64,000 nucleotides of DNA from Octopus vulgaris (lineage: Eukaryota). How positions within the stretch are numbered: position 1 is the stretch's first letter; the number at the start of each line of letters is the position of its first letter. The notes beneath the pieces are model-generated. The model saw nothing but the letters and a program-made list of their open reading frames with translations, had not been told where the DNA came from and did no database searches. Shown here piece by piece: positions 24,912-38,440 of the stretch. The translations under genes and the position numbers were made by a program. The stretch is taken from the NCBI GenBank assembly GCA_951406725.2, contig OX597815.1:161882001-161946000 (forward strand), given 5' to 3'.

Positions 24912-25305
24912 TAGGCACAGGTGTGGCTGTGTGGTAAGAAGCTTGCTTCTCTACTACATAGTTCTGGGTTCAGTCCCATTGTATGGCACCTTGGGCAAGT
25001 GTCTCCTACTATAGCCTCAAGCCAACCAAAGCCTTGTGAGTGGATTTGGTAGACAGACACTGACAGAAACCTGTTGTTTGTGTGTGTGTGTTCGTGTCTG
25101 TGTTTATCCTCCACCACCACTTGATAACCAGTGTTCGTGTGTTTACGTTTCTGTAACTTAGCAATTTGGCAAAAGGGACTAATAGAATGAGTACCTAGCT
25201 TAACAAAAAAATAAGAACTAAGGTCGATTCATTCGACTAAAGATACTTCAAAGTGATGCCCCAGCATGGCCATAGTCTAATGACTGAAACAAGTAAAAGA
25301 TAAAA
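24912..25305 (+). mobile_element. SINE family A, full length
   Basis: Family A head to tail. Confidence 0.85.
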
Positions 25306-26048
25306 GATTTTATGTACCCTTTATTTATTTAAAATGGTGAGGTGTGATTTAAGTGCTGTTTCTAGCCCATCAAGTGACCACCAAAAGGCTCTCTGGCTGG
25401 CTTGACAGAATGTGTATGTTTGGGCCTAGATGTGTGTGTATATTTGTGCACACATTTATGTGTATATGTACATGTGTGTTTACATGTGCAAATACATTCT
25501 GTATCAAGCTGATCTTTTCCTCTTTATCTAAAATGCTTCAAACAATTTACAGTAATATCTACTGCGAATAAACGAAGAAAGAAAAAGCTCAAAGTTTATC
25601 CCATAAATAATCTCTTAACAAAAGCAGAGGAATATTTTTAGCTGAATTCTAACAGATATTTCAACATCACTTGACCTCTCTTGTATTAAATTGTCTAAAG
25701 TTGCTGAACACCTAATGAGAGTAACTTAACATATTTACATAATATTTTATTTTTATCGCAAGTCAGACAAAATATTTATACATCTATCACTATTTATAGT
25801 CAGAATCAGTTTTTTATTTTTATTTTATATTCTTAAGAATTCATTCATTTTTTTTTCCCCCCTTCTTTTGCTCTATTTTAAATATCTGTTTAGCTTCGGG
25901 TTAGAACAGACTGACAAGATTAAATTTTCTTTTTCATGTTGTTTTTCCTTTCCGCTTTTTTTTTCTTTTTTGCTTGGTTTTGTTTATTCTTTTTCTCATT
26001 TTTTTTTTTTAAAGGAGTCAAGCACCTATGGCTAGCAAGGTGGAATGC

Positions 26049-26099
<51 letters not shown>

Positions 26100-26480
26100 T
26101 GTCATCATCATCATCATCATCGTCATCATCATCATCATCATCATTCTTTCTTGTTATTGTTATTGTCATCATCATCAACCTTGTCGTTGCCATCATTATC
26201 TTGATCATCACCATCATCATCATTGTTCTGATCAGAATCCTCATCAGTGTTGATGACCCCATTCTCATCATCTGCTTTGTCCTTGTCATCCTCACCACCA
26301 CCACCACCACCATGATCGCCATCATCACCACCACCATGATCGCCATCATCACCACCACCATGATCGCCATCATCACCACCACCACTAGTGCCACCCTCAT
26401 CATCATCATCATCATCATCACCAACACTACCACTACCACTTTGAAACCCCCACCACCCTGCCTCACCATCATCATCATTA
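26049..26480. repeat. (CAT/CAC)n tract with three 21-bp higher-order units
   Basis: Direct observation; accaccatgatcgccatcatc occurs three times near 26305-26375. Confidence 0.9.
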
Positions 26481-27299
26481 AAATTGCTTTTGTTTCTCTT
26501 TCTATTTTTAATGTGTGTTCTTTCCTTACAGCTAACATAACTCAGATGACAGAAACCCAGGAATGGTTACCTACAGGTGGAATTCTGGTTTAAGCATCCC
26601 ATATAACCCCTCAGACTTTTATATTTTTTTGGAATTTTCGGAAAATTTTTGCAAATTGGTGTTCCACACATAGGAATTCACATGATTATGAAAAACAAGT
26701 TTTTTTCTTAATTTTCTTTATTATTATTAAGGTAGTAGACTGGCAGAGTCATTTGCAAAGTGGCCAAAATGCTCACTGGCATTTCGTCCATCTTTACGTT
26801 CTGAGTTCAAACTCCATCAAGGTTGACTTTGCTTTTCATCCTTTCAGGGTCGATAAAATAAGTACCAATTGAGCCCTGAGGATAATGTAATTGACTTACC
26901 CCCCACCCTACATTCGCAGGCCTTATGCCAAAATTTGAAACCATTATTAATATTGTTGTTATGTTTATGGGCCACCAGCACGAGGGCCAGTCAGGCAGTA
27001 CTGGCATCAACCATGGTTGAATGGTGCTTTTTATGTGCCACCAGCACATGAGCTAGTCAGGCGGCACTGGCAACGACCACGCTTGAATGGTGCTTTTTAT
27101 GTGCCACTGGCATGAGTGCCAATCAGGCGTTGCTATCATTGGCCATGACAATGACTTCACTTGACTCAACAGGTCCTCACCATCACAGTTTATTATGTCC
27201 ACAATCAAAGAACAACAACAACCCTTCTGTATACTAAATTCTACCCAAAAAAACTTCAGTTGGTTTGAAGCCGGTGTAGAAAACTACCACTGAAGGTTT

Positions 27300-27610
27300 T
27301 TATTTATGTGCCCTTTTCAAGCCTAGCCAGGCTCATGGGCCCTGTTTCCCAGTTTCTGTGGTGTATGTGTTCCCCCCAGCTGGACGGGACACCAGTCCAT
27401 TGCAGCATTACTCAAGAAACAGGAAGAGAGAGTGAGAGAAAGTTGGGGTGAAAGAGTACAACAGGGGTCGCCACCACCCCCTGCCAGAGTCTTGTGGAGC
27501 TTTAGGTGTTTTCGCTCAATAAACACACACAACGCCTGGTCTGGGAATCGAAACGGTGATCCTCCAACTGCAAGTCCGCTGCTCTAACCACTGGGCCATT
27601 GCACCTCCAC
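27300..27610 (-). mobile_element. tRNA-derived SINE, group C chimera
   Basis: Head and body match 5198-5390; the tail (V-like domain, cccatgagcctggc) matches 20863-21115. Confidence 0.8.
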
Positions 27611-28194
27611 AAATGTGAATACCATTGGAGGTATCGCACAATAAAACTGAAAGCACATAGCCAGGAAGCAAACTGCTTAACCACACAACTGTGCCTTACA
27701 TTTGCTACGAACAATACATGTTGGCAATCAAAACTAAGAAACACCTGTATCACTTTCAACTGGTTTACAAACTTGAAATCTATCCCATCTCTTATACCAT
27801 TACTGCCAGACTTTTCTTCTAAACAAATATGGTTTCCAGTGCTTGCAGAAGCTGAGTCGTTTTTGATGAATTTTAGGTTCGTAAACCAGTTAAAACAACA
27901 ATCTTTTGTTTTACTGTGAGTGTCGACATTAATTGTTCCTGTAGGCATGATGTTGCAGACACTTTAAATGAATATCTTGAGAGACTGTATCAGAGGTCGT
28001 TCAACCTGCTAGAACATCAGCTAAATGGTCATTTTTGTACTCTCGGTGAATGAATGCGTGAATGTGAATGTTGATTTATATCAGATCGAACTGTCCAGCT
28101 GTTCTTCTTGCACCTGAATTCTCTTCCCCATTCTCACTAGAAAATACTTTAAGGTTCATGGGGCTGAATCAAACTGCTTTAAGTAATAATATAT

Positions 28195-28335
28195 ATTTCT
28201 TTACTACCCACAAGGGGCTGAACATAGAGGGGACAAACAAGGACAGACAAAGGGATTAAGTCAATTACATCGACCCAGTGCGAAACTGGTACTTTATTTA
28301 TCGACCCCGAGAGGGTGAAAGGCAAAGTCGACCTC
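28195..28335 (-). mobile_element. 5'-truncated SINE family B
   Basis: Flanked by the 17-bp direct repeat tttaagtaataatatat. Confidence 0.8.
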
Positions 28336-28994
28336 ATTTTAAGTAATAATATATTTAACCCGTATTGAATATGCTGAGTGCCTCTTTCTTTTCTCCACTG
28401 ACTTGTATGTGTATGTGTATGTGTGTACACACATACACATATATACATGTATGTGCTGATCTCTAATTGTAGAGGGAATATGTGGAAGGGGTAGACACAG
28501 AAAGATGTGGGACAAAGTGGTGAGAAAGGTTCTACAGATGGTGGGACTCACTGAGGGGATGATGTTGACGACATTAAGAAGTTGATGGAGGCAATGAAGA
28601 AAGAGATTGCCAAATGCTGTTGGATGAGTGTTGATGAGTCTCCGTGTGGCTATAAGGGATATTCCATACTACCATACTCTGGGATATCCTAGAAACAGCT
28701 GTAAGACCTTGAATTTTTTCCAATAATAATAATGTATATGACTTGAGGTGTTTGCTTTGCCTTAAAATTTGTTGTCCTCTTTAACAATTATATATTTGCT
28801 ATATCGGAAATCTGCTATGGCTCCATAACCACCATCTCAGCAAAAACCTTGAAGCCCTAGTAATCTATCACAGCACTTATCTAGTGTACCTAATCATTTA
28901 GATCACCTGAGAACTGAACCCCCATACCATGTATATACATATATATACATATATGTATGTATATATACATATATATATATATATAATAATAATA

Positions 28995-29870
28995 ATATTA
29001 AGGAGTATATCCAAACTTACAGGGAAAAATTAGATTTAGGATTAAATCAAATTTCACAGTATAAATATAAATTAAATTAGATATAAAACCGCTATTAGGC
29101 AACTCAAACAGTGATAGACATAAACCAAAACATAAAAAACAAAAAATAAATATATTTAATATAATATACAAAATATATATAAAATATAAAATTTTAAATT
29201 TAAATTATTAAAATTTGAAATATTAAAATTTAAAAAGAAAAATTAAAAGTTTAAAATTTATAAATTTAAAATTTAAAATATAAAAATATAAAAATTTATA
29301 GATATAAATTTTAATATTTCAAATTTTAATAATTTAAATTTTAAATTTTATATTTTACTAGCAGTATCGCCCGGCGTTGCTCGGGTTTGTAAGGGAAATA
29401 ACTATATAAGCATTTTTAGAGATGTAAAGTATAATAGCCATCTCAATATGGCTAACCACAAGGGTGGGGGGTGTTACTGTAGCTTTTTACGTTCTGAGAT
29501 TTAATAAATTTTTAGAGAGTTACTTCCCGCATATATGCCAAAAATGCATTAAAAACGGGAAAAATTGATGGTAAATTTTTTTAAAACTCGTAGACTCATT
29601 GTAGATGCGCACTAATACCCAAAAGGGCTCGATATGAATCACGACTATAAGATACCCGGTTTTGGTTAAACTGCACCGCAAAATGTTGGAGTAGTTAGGA
29701 ATCTAAATCGTAGGAGACAGACAGCACACAACCTCACTTTTATATATAAAGATATATATATTTTGTATATTATATCAATTATATTTATCTTTTGTTTTTT
29801 ATGTTTTGGTTTATGTCTATCACTGTTTGAGTTGCCTAATAGTTTTATCTCTAATTTAATTTATATATGT
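28995..29870. repeat. AT-rich fold-back repeat interrupted by a Helitron
   Basis: 29065-29230 is the reverse complement of 29305-29357 joined to 29753-29870. A related copy lies at 4680-4830. Confidence 0.8.
29358..29752 (-). mobile_element. Non-autonomous Helitron
   Basis: On the minus strand it starts TC and ends CTAG, sits between A and T, and has a GC-rich subterminal hairpin (cccggcgttgctcggg, 29370-29385). Confidence 0.9.
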
Positions 29871-30096
29871 ATATAAATATAGCTATGCTTGAGAAAACCT
29901 GGCAAGCCAAGTGAGACCATAACCATGGCCTATGCCAATGCAGCATAACTGGCCCATTTAAGAGTACCCTTCAATCATTAAACAATAAACTGTGCTTGCG
30001 AAGACCTGTTGAGTCAAGTTAAGTCATTGCCGTGGCCGATGATAGTAATGCCTGATTGGCACCCATGCCAGTGGCACATAAAAAGCACTCATGCTG

Positions 30097-30320
30097 CCAT
30101 TGATTAGCTCCAAGAAGCCATCGCCACCAGTTAGCTATGTGACACATGAACCTGTGTCCATTATAACTTTCGAACAGAGGAGGTCAGCCGCTTCCCCATG
30201 CTGGTCAGCATTCTTCCTATATTTCTGGACTGCTATATTATCTTGGTGATAACTATTAATATCCAGTACCGCTGCCGTAATCTCCTTTAGAGAGACTTAG
30301 AAATATTAATATTTCTACGA
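30097..30320. mobile_element. Rearranged fragment of the 53-kb retrozyme-like family
   Basis: 30097-30210 is the reverse complement of ~53410-53520, and 30225-30318 matches 53540-53630 directly. Confidence 0.8.
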
Positions 30321-30337
30321 TATATACATACATACAT

Positions 30338-30386
<49 letters not shown>

Positions 30387-30482
30387 GATACATAGATACA
30401 TACATATATACATATATATATATATACATATATATATACATATATATACATATATATATATACATATATATATATGTATATG

Positions 30483-30566
<84 letters not shown>

Positions 30567-30885
30567 ATACATACATATATATACATATGTATGTATACAA
30601 TGAGCTTCCAGTTTCCATCTACCAAAAACACTCACAAGGTGTTGGTCACCCCGAGACCATACTAGAAAACACTTGCCATGAATGGGGACTGAACTTAAAA
30701 CTATGAAGTTGCAAAGTGAGCTTCTTAACCACAGCCTTGTTTATGTCTACATTTTTCATTTTCTTTCTATAAGTAGCTTTAAATATCATCACCATCATTA
30801 TTTTTATCATAATCTCCACTATTTGTTATCTATCTTCATCATCCATACAATATCCACATTGCTCACATCATGCCCAACATTCTTG

Positions 30886-30954
<69 letters not shown>

Positions 30955-31269
30955 GCAATCGCCATTATTTTCATTTCATTTTAAGTGGCTGTCAATATTT
31001 TCTAATTCATTTTTACTCTCAGCTTTGATCTATTTCAGAGTGAAACATTTCACATTAACATTTATAAAAAATAGTATACAATATACACTAGAAAAAATTT
31101 CTAATTCTGTGTGTCAGTGGGGAATGCAAGATTCAGAGGTCAAATAAAAGGCATTGGTGGTGATACAGGACCTATTTAACTTTTCAACTTGATTATATAC
31201 TGGAAGAAAAAAGAGATTTTGTTGGGATTAATTATTTTTATGTTTTGATTCAATGACATCCACATCTAA

Positions 31270-31490
31270 CAGATATATTTGAAGGCCTACTAATTTATCT
31301 GAAAGCTTACAAACATATTTGAAGGTTTACAGATATATTTTAAGATTTATTGGTGGAGTTGAAGTTTTACTGACATTTGAAGGATTACTAACATATCTGA
31401 AGTCTTACTGACATATTTGAAGGTTTATTGATATATTCGAAGTTGTATTGACACATTTGAAGGCCTTTTGATGACTTGAAGGTTTACTGA
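31270..31490. repeat. Degenerate ~20-bp minisatellite (ACATATTTGAAGGTTTACTG)n
   Basis: About 10-11 diverged units are visible. Confidence 0.8.
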
Positions 31491-31542
31491 TTTTCTTTTG
31501 TCACATGCCAAATATATGCAGTTTTTGGTGGTAATTTCTTTA

Positions 31543-31760
31543 ACCCTTTAGCATTTAAACCAGCCATAGCCAGCCCAAATATTCTACCTGTTTTATATTC
31601 AAACCAGCCATATCCAGCCTCTTACAGCTACCATACAATGTTATTCTGAAAATAAACAATCACATCATTGAAATCTTGAAACAATGAGATAGTACATGAT
31701 TGATTTAAAACAATGTGAATAGGTAAGCATTACATTTGATAAAATAATCTAAATGCTAAC
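31543..31760. mobile_element. piggyBac-like MITE (same family as the outer element at 59421)
   Basis: Starts ttaa-CCCTTTAGCA; the body matches 59421-59435 joined to 59962-60060. The right end is degraded. Confidence 0.65.
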
Positions 31761-32064
31761 ATGTAAACAAATAAAACTTCATCAAACTTATCTCTTATTT
31801 CTTTACTGCACACAAGGGGCTACACACAAAGGGGACAAACAAGGACAGACAAATAGATTAAGTTGATTATACCGACCCCAGTGTGTAACTGGTACTTATT
31901 TAATCGACCCCAAAAGGATGAAAGGCAAAGTTAACCTCGGCAGAATTTCAACTCAGTACATAGCGGCAGATGAAATACTGTTAAGCTGCCTTAACCACTG
32001 GGCCATTGCACCTCCACCATCTATTCTCTTTCTAGTAAATATCTGGTAATGGAGAAATAATAAT

Positions 32065-32447
32065 CATTTCTACAAAAGGCACAAGGTCTGAAATTTGGGG
32101 AGAAGGGACTAGTCAATCATATCGACCCCAGTGTTTCACTGGTATTTACTTTATCAACCTCAAAAGGATGAAAAGCAAAGTTGACCTCAGAACACGAAGA
32201 CAGGTGAAATACCTATTTCTTTACTATCCACAAGGGGCTAAACACAGAGGGGACAAACAAGGACAGACAAATGGATTAAGTCGATTATATCGACCCCAGT
32301 ACATAACTGGTACTTAATTTATCGACCCCAAAAGGATGAAAGGCAAAGTCGACCTCGGCGGAATTTGAACTCAGAACGTAGCAGCAGATGAAATACCACT
32401 AAGCATCTCGCCTGGCGTGCTAACGTTTCTGCCAGCTCGCCACCTTA
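32065..32447 (-). mobile_element. Dimeric SINE family B
   Basis: Two head-to-tail units flanked by the 18-bp direct repeat taatggagaaataataat. Confidence 0.8.
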
Positions 32448-33647
32448 TAATGGAGAAATAATAATGACCAGACAAAGTATACTTCAACTGAAGTTTTTTT
32501 TCCCAATATCACTATATTGTTATCTTCAAAGTTTAGGAATGAATATTTAGTTTTTTTTTACATAGCAGTTTTGCTAAGAAAATGTGGAATGTTAGAGTTT
32601 ACGTCATCAGTAAAAACACTGACATTGATACCAGCAATGATACATTGTAGAATTTCATTGTATAATGGCTCTAACTTTTATTTATTCCCAAACTTACATG
32701 TCTTTTTTCCTTCTTGGTCTTCAACTATCTCTTTCAATCCAGTAATGTTTCCAAAAAAAAAAATAAATGAAATTCATAGGTGATGGTATCACATAAAAAG
32801 CACTGGTGCTTGTTCCACATAAAAAGCACTGGTGATGGTGCCATGTAAAAAGCACCCAGTACAGTCTGAGAATTGGTTGGCATTAGGAAGGGCATCTAGT
32901 TGTAGAAGCAAAACCAAAACAGACTGTGGAACCTGGTGCAGGTCCTGGCCTTGCCAGTTCCTGTCAAGCTGTCCAACTTATGCCAGCACGGAAAACAGGT
33001 ATTAAATGACAATGATGATTTGTAGAACAAACATTTCGAGAAGCAACACTGAGCAAGATTATGGAACCTATTGTGTCATCAAAAATTGTGGAACCATCAT
33101 TCTCCTTTTTATTTTTGTTAATTCATCAACCCTATGCTGGTCACTTACACAATTATGAGTTGAATGTCATGTGTATTTTATGTGTTATCAGCATAAGAGG
33201 TGAAATCATTGAATATTAGATAAACCATAAATCATCAGATAAGTGAAATTCAAATAAATAATATGTATATTTTATGATTTCTAGGTTAATTACTGACTAG
33301 TAGGCACAGGTGTGACTGTGATAAGAAGTTTGCTTCCTGATCACATGGTTTGGGGTTCAGTCCCACTGTATGACACCTTGGAGAAGTGTCTTCCACTTTA
33401 GCTCCAGGCCAACCAATGCCTTGTGAATGGATTTGGTAGACAGAAACTAAAAGAAGCCAATCGTATGCATTATTTTTCTTTGGAGTTCAAGCTGGCTGCT
33501 AACAAAGCAACAAAATTTCTTGAGTTAAGAGAGTTTCTGGTGTTTGTGAATATGTAGTTGAGTTGGTGTGTTGGTTGAATCGTCCATGCATACACCCAAG
33601 TGTGGTGCATCTATTCACATAAGAGTCACATATGGAAAATTTTGGGA

Positions 33648-33747
33648 GGCACCTTGGGCAAGTGTCTTTTACTATAGCCTCGGGCTGACCAAAGCCTTGT
33701 GAGTGGATTTGGTAGCCGGAAGCTGAAAGAAGCCTGTCGCATATATG

Positions 33748-33790
<43 letters not shown>

Positions 33791-33993
33791 TTCTGTGACT
33801 GTGTTCATCCCCCCAACATCGTTTGACAACCGATGGTGGTGTGTTTACGTCCCCGTAATTTAGTGGTTCAGCAAAAGAGACCGATAGAATAAGTACTAGG
33901 CTTACAAAGAATAAGTCCTGGGGTCGGTTTGCTCGACTAAAGTCGGTGCCCCAGCATAGCCGCAGTCAAATGACTGAAACAAGTAAAAGAGTA
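33648..33993 (+). mobile_element. SINE family A, 5'-truncated
   Basis: Family A body and tail. Confidence 0.85.
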
Positions 33994-33994
33994 A

Positions 33995-34200
33995 TGTCAG
34001 AGAATTTTCATTGTGCCACTAATAGATTGCTCTTTTTCCACGAAATTGAATATTTCAAGGTTTTGTGCAAATTCGTTGGTATATAACTTAATGCACCTAT
34101 AACAACAGGTACAAATAAGAACTCATTGTCAGGGTACAAGAGCTGTAAATTCCACATTAATTCGCTATAAATGTTTTTTTCCTGGACTTTTGATCTGACA
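33995..34200 (-). pseudogene. R4/Dong-like LINE restriction-like endonuclease fragment
   Basis: KVQEKNIYSELMWNLQLLYPDNEFLFVPVVIGAL, homologous to the 40.3-kb and 58.8-kb fragments. Confidence 0.7.
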
Positions 34201-35506
34201 AAAAGTAGAACCACACACATACACACAATTGTGCGCGTTTACTGGGCCGTCTTAATAGCATTGTAGGCACCCAGACAAATCACCACAGCCTTTCAAATTA
34301 TGGGGTATGCCTTTTTAAGAAAAAAAATAATAAAGTGGCATAACTACTGAAATCTACCACCCACCAAATTCGTTGTCTCATAACTTCCAGCAAAATATTA
34401 GAGAGAAAAAAACCACCAAAACGGAGAAATTCCAACTTGTGGGCTCCCTGGTCCGAAACTCCTCTTCCTACCCCCTTGAAAAAAATATTCTCAGCAAATT
34501 GCTTTATAATCATAATCCTTGCTATTGGAAAGGTATTTGTAAGAAATTTCATTGAAAGATAACCATTTTCCTGAAAGTTATGAGGGAAAAAGTTGGGTCG
34601 TGTAAATTCTCAGAAACTCCTCTCACCCACCCCTCGGAAAAATTCTTTCCGACAAATTCCTACATACTCTAAATCTACAGCATCTAAGCGGGGTTTGTTG
34701 AAAATTTCGTTAAAAGGTATCCATTTTTCTGGAAGTTATGAGACAACAAATTCGGGGTGGGAACACATCTGTAGTTATGCCCAACGCTTTTTTTTTTCCT
34801 TACTTACAAATAGTGTTGATTTCTGACAAAACAATTAGATGTATGTCTAAATATAACAAAGCTTTTGTCAACTGCCTTGAAAAAAAAACCCGAGTTAACT
34901 AACTATAGCTTTCACTAACTGCTCATTTTCTGACATTAGATTCATACTTTCCAATACATTACATGCAATAATTTGGATTCTAGTAACCAGTTCAACAAAA
35001 GTTATTGTGTAATTTTTTAATTTTGAGACAAAACGACCAAACTGGATGGAATAGTCGTTTAATGTTGTGTCCTTTGACCTTTGATATTTTTCAAACGATG
35101 CCGGTGTGTTTAAAACTGACTGGTTTGAATTCTAAAATGTATGTATCGAATTTCCGTCATCGGCATTTTAAGTGACAATAGCTTATTTCAAGTACAGGCT
35201 GCCTGGTTTTTTCTTCCGCATTAAGAACATAGTTGAGGCTTGACTTTTGAGTTCTAAGTTGGTCGCTAATTCTCATATTTAGGTAACTTTCTTTCAGACT
35301 TGTAGCTGAGCTGGTGCAAATAATTTTAAAGCTGATCGTCAGTCTGCCATCAATGTCAAACAAGGAGTAATACTTTCAAATGTACCTAAAATAATTTTGC
35401 ACCGCAAGTAAAAAAATTACTGGTGCACTTAACATAGTCAATGAAAATATTATCGGTGTATTTTGTATAAAGAGTTAAAATTATTTGTAAAACAATCAGC
35501 GACTGA

Positions 35507-35920
35507 TAGGAGTGGCTGTGTGGTAAGTAGCTTGCTCACCAACCATATGGTTCCGGGTTCAGTCCGACTGCGTGGCACCTCAGGCAAGTGTCTTCTACTA
35601 TAGCCTTGGGCCGACCCAAGCCTTGTGAGTGGATTCGGTAGACAGAAACTGAAAGAAGCCTGTTGTATATATGTATATAAATATATATATGTATGTGTGT
35701 GTATATGTTTGTGTGTCTGTGTTTGTCCCTCTAGCATTGCTTGACAACCGATGTTGGTGTGTTTAGGTCCCCGTAACTTAGTGGTTCGGCAAAAGAGGCC
35801 GATAGAATAAGTACTAAGCTTACAAAGAATAAGTCCCGGGGTTGATTTGCTCAACTAAAGGTGGTGCTCCAGCATGGCCACAGTCAAATGACTGAAACAA
35901 GTAAAAGAATAAAAGAGTAA
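35507..35920 (+). mobile_element. SINE family A, full length, well preserved
   Basis: Family A head to tail with many CpGs retained. Confidence 0.9.
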
Positions 35921-36906
35921 AGAGAGATTACTCAATCCCAATATGTCCACCGAGTGTTCAAGTTCATTCTCTCTCTCTCCTTTTTTTTTTCTCTTCACTC
36001 CCAGGCTGCTAATTAAGAACGAACTGTCCCGCTTCGGCTATTAACAGTCATCACCATCATTGTGGGTGTCATCAACATCATTATATTCCTCAACATCATC
36101 AAAGTTTTCATCATTCCTATACTGAAAACGTTGAAAAATTGTTGAAAAAACTGTGCATAAAATTTTCTTTTTTGTTTTAATATTAGTGCTCTTTTTTTTG
36201 TTTCTTTTACAAGGGAAGTTCAAAATTACCAGCGCAAACACACTTATGATCGAAGCTATTCCAACAATGACCGTCTACTATGAATGTCTTCATAGAGTTA
36301 TCAAGAAGCACATCAACAACTGCTCTGTTCTATTTCTTTTCTTTCTTTTTCAGAACAGTAAAGTGCAATTCGATAGATGTTTGGCTACTATTTCTAGTAC
36401 GTCAAACAACCACATGCAAGCTACAGAAATTAATGCAAGATTTGTTTGTTTTTGCGTCTGTATGATTAAATTTGGTGTTGAGTGGCAAAGAATGTGGAGC
36501 TAAATTTTTATGTTATTTAAACACAGGTCATTGTAACTTGACCCATTTCTAAATGCTTGTGCTCCATGCAATTTTGCCAATGTAATGTTTGCGTTTCGTA
36601 ACTTATCTCAAAATAATGATATGAAATTGCAGTTTTGGCTATATTACACACACGCATACACACATGCCTGCACGCACATACACACACACACATGTCTGCA
36701 CATGCATGCACACACATGCATTTATGTACTCATGCAAGCGCATACTTATGCAGTGCACAGGCATGGCTGTATAGTAACAAGCTCCCTTCCCAACCACATG
36801 TTTCCAGGTTCAGTTCCACTGCATGACACTTTGGGCAGCTGTCGTCTACTATAACCTCAGTCCAACAAAAGCCCTGTGAGGGGATTTGGTAGACGGAAAT
36901 TAAAAG

Positions 36907-36970
<64 letters not shown>

Positions 36971-37011
36971 ACGCGTGTGTGCACGCATGTGTGTGTGTGT
37001 GTGTGTGTGTG

Positions 37012-37119
37012 CCACTAGCATAGCTAGAGTGTATCACCCCCGGATCCCACAAAAACACATTGCTTAAAGCAGACCCAAAAGTACTGCCCGGGGTGGACCA
37101 CCCCTAGCTATGCTAGTGG
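37012..37119. mobile_element. 108-bp MITE (hAT-like ends) in the (GT)n tract of a family A SINE
   Basis: Perfect 16-bp terminal inverted repeats ccactagcatagctag / ctagctatgctagtgg. Confidence 0.75.
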
Positions 37120-37281
37120 TGAGTGTGTGTATGTGCATTGTGTGCATTTGTGTGTGTGTACGTGTGTGTCTGTGTGTCTTTGTGTTTGTTCCCCACCCCC
37201 TCTTAACAACTAGTGTTGGTGTGCTTACATCCCAGTAACTTAGCAATTCAGCAAAAGAGACCAATAGAATATGTATGTATG

Positions 37282-37313
<32 letters not shown>

Positions 37314-37335
37314 TGTATGCATGTATGTATGTATG

Positions 37336-37382
<47 letters not shown>

Positions 37383-38219
37383 GAAAAATACAAACTGGGA
37401 CAAGAACGTAAAACATTTAGAAGACGATACAAAAAACACGGACGGGACATTTGAAGCCTTCAATCTTCAGTCAAGAACCGGATCATCCTAGTAATTTCGG
37501 CTGATTAATCTTGAGATCGCTCTGATCCGGCCAGCCCCAAGGAAAAACTAAGCTACGAGCATTAGATTTCTTGGAAGAAGGATCGAATGTATACAAAACA
37601 GGGACAGAAAAACGGACGATGCCACACGAATATAAAATACAAAAAACAATAATGGTAAAAACAGGACAAAAACAGCGGGTGTCTCACAACTAATAAACAG
37701 TACAAGTTTAGCTGGCGTATTTGGAAAAAATGCCTTTATCGGCAGACGAAGACAACGATGTTCTCACGGCAGTGGTCGGAGGCCAAAAAGGCTGATTTGA
37801 CCAGCGGTCACGTGAGAGAAGAGAGAGAAAAGAAAGGGGGCAAAGAAAACAAAGAGAGAGAGAAAAAGAGGGACGAAGGCAACAAAGGGGGGGAGAAGAG
37901 AGAGAAAGAAGGAATTAAAGAGGAGAGAAGAAAGAGTGCGTGCCAAGGATTGGCTTGTGAGTGCAAAGTGAGAAAGACAGAGAAATGTGAGAGTGTGGGG
38001 GAAGAGTAGACCAAAGAATCAGATGCAAGAAAAGAGAAAAGGAGGAGAAGTAGAGAGAGAGAGAGAGAGAGAAGGGGACAGATCAGAGTAGAGCAAAACA
38101 CCTCCACCCCGTCCAATGGACGGTGCTGAGTTGTCAAACAAATTTTCTCAAAACAACTTGTCCGACCGTCCCATCGGCCTCCACTTTGAGAAACACTGAT
38201 TTAACCTATATTTGAGACA

Positions 38220-38440
38220 CCAGCAAAAGAAGAAATAGAGATAGACTCTTTTTCTATTCCAAAGAATGCTTTATTGATCGCATTCTCACCTGGAAACGAT
38301 TTTTGTAATTTTTTCAAGACTTATACACACCCTGATACCGTCAGTATCTACATATCAAATTTGAGTGCAATCGGATGAAGGATGCCCAAGATCCTAGAAG
38401 ACACACACACAGACAGACAGAACAGATTTTATACAATAGA
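38220..38440 (-). mobile_element. Degenerate non-autonomous Helitron-like element
   Basis: The minus-strand 5' end (a-tctattgtataaaatctg...ctgtctgtc) resembles that of 29358-29752. The 3' end is unclear. Confidence 0.45.

Noticed and set aside
27502-27948. 148-aa ORF with an apparent splice donor
   Set aside because: It spans two SINE fragments. The FNWFTNLK seen on both strands comes from a ~26-bp inverted repeat (27755-27780 / 27868-27895), and the donor coincides with a SINE A start.
37380-37810. (TA)n-adjacent repeat with minus-strand CUGAAGA and GAAA motifs
   Set aside because: I could not build consistent hammerhead stems, so it is left unclassified.
33650-38350. Apparent higher CpG retention suggesting an unmethylated or promoter domain
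   Set aside because: Not quantified, and young repeat insertions explain it equally well.
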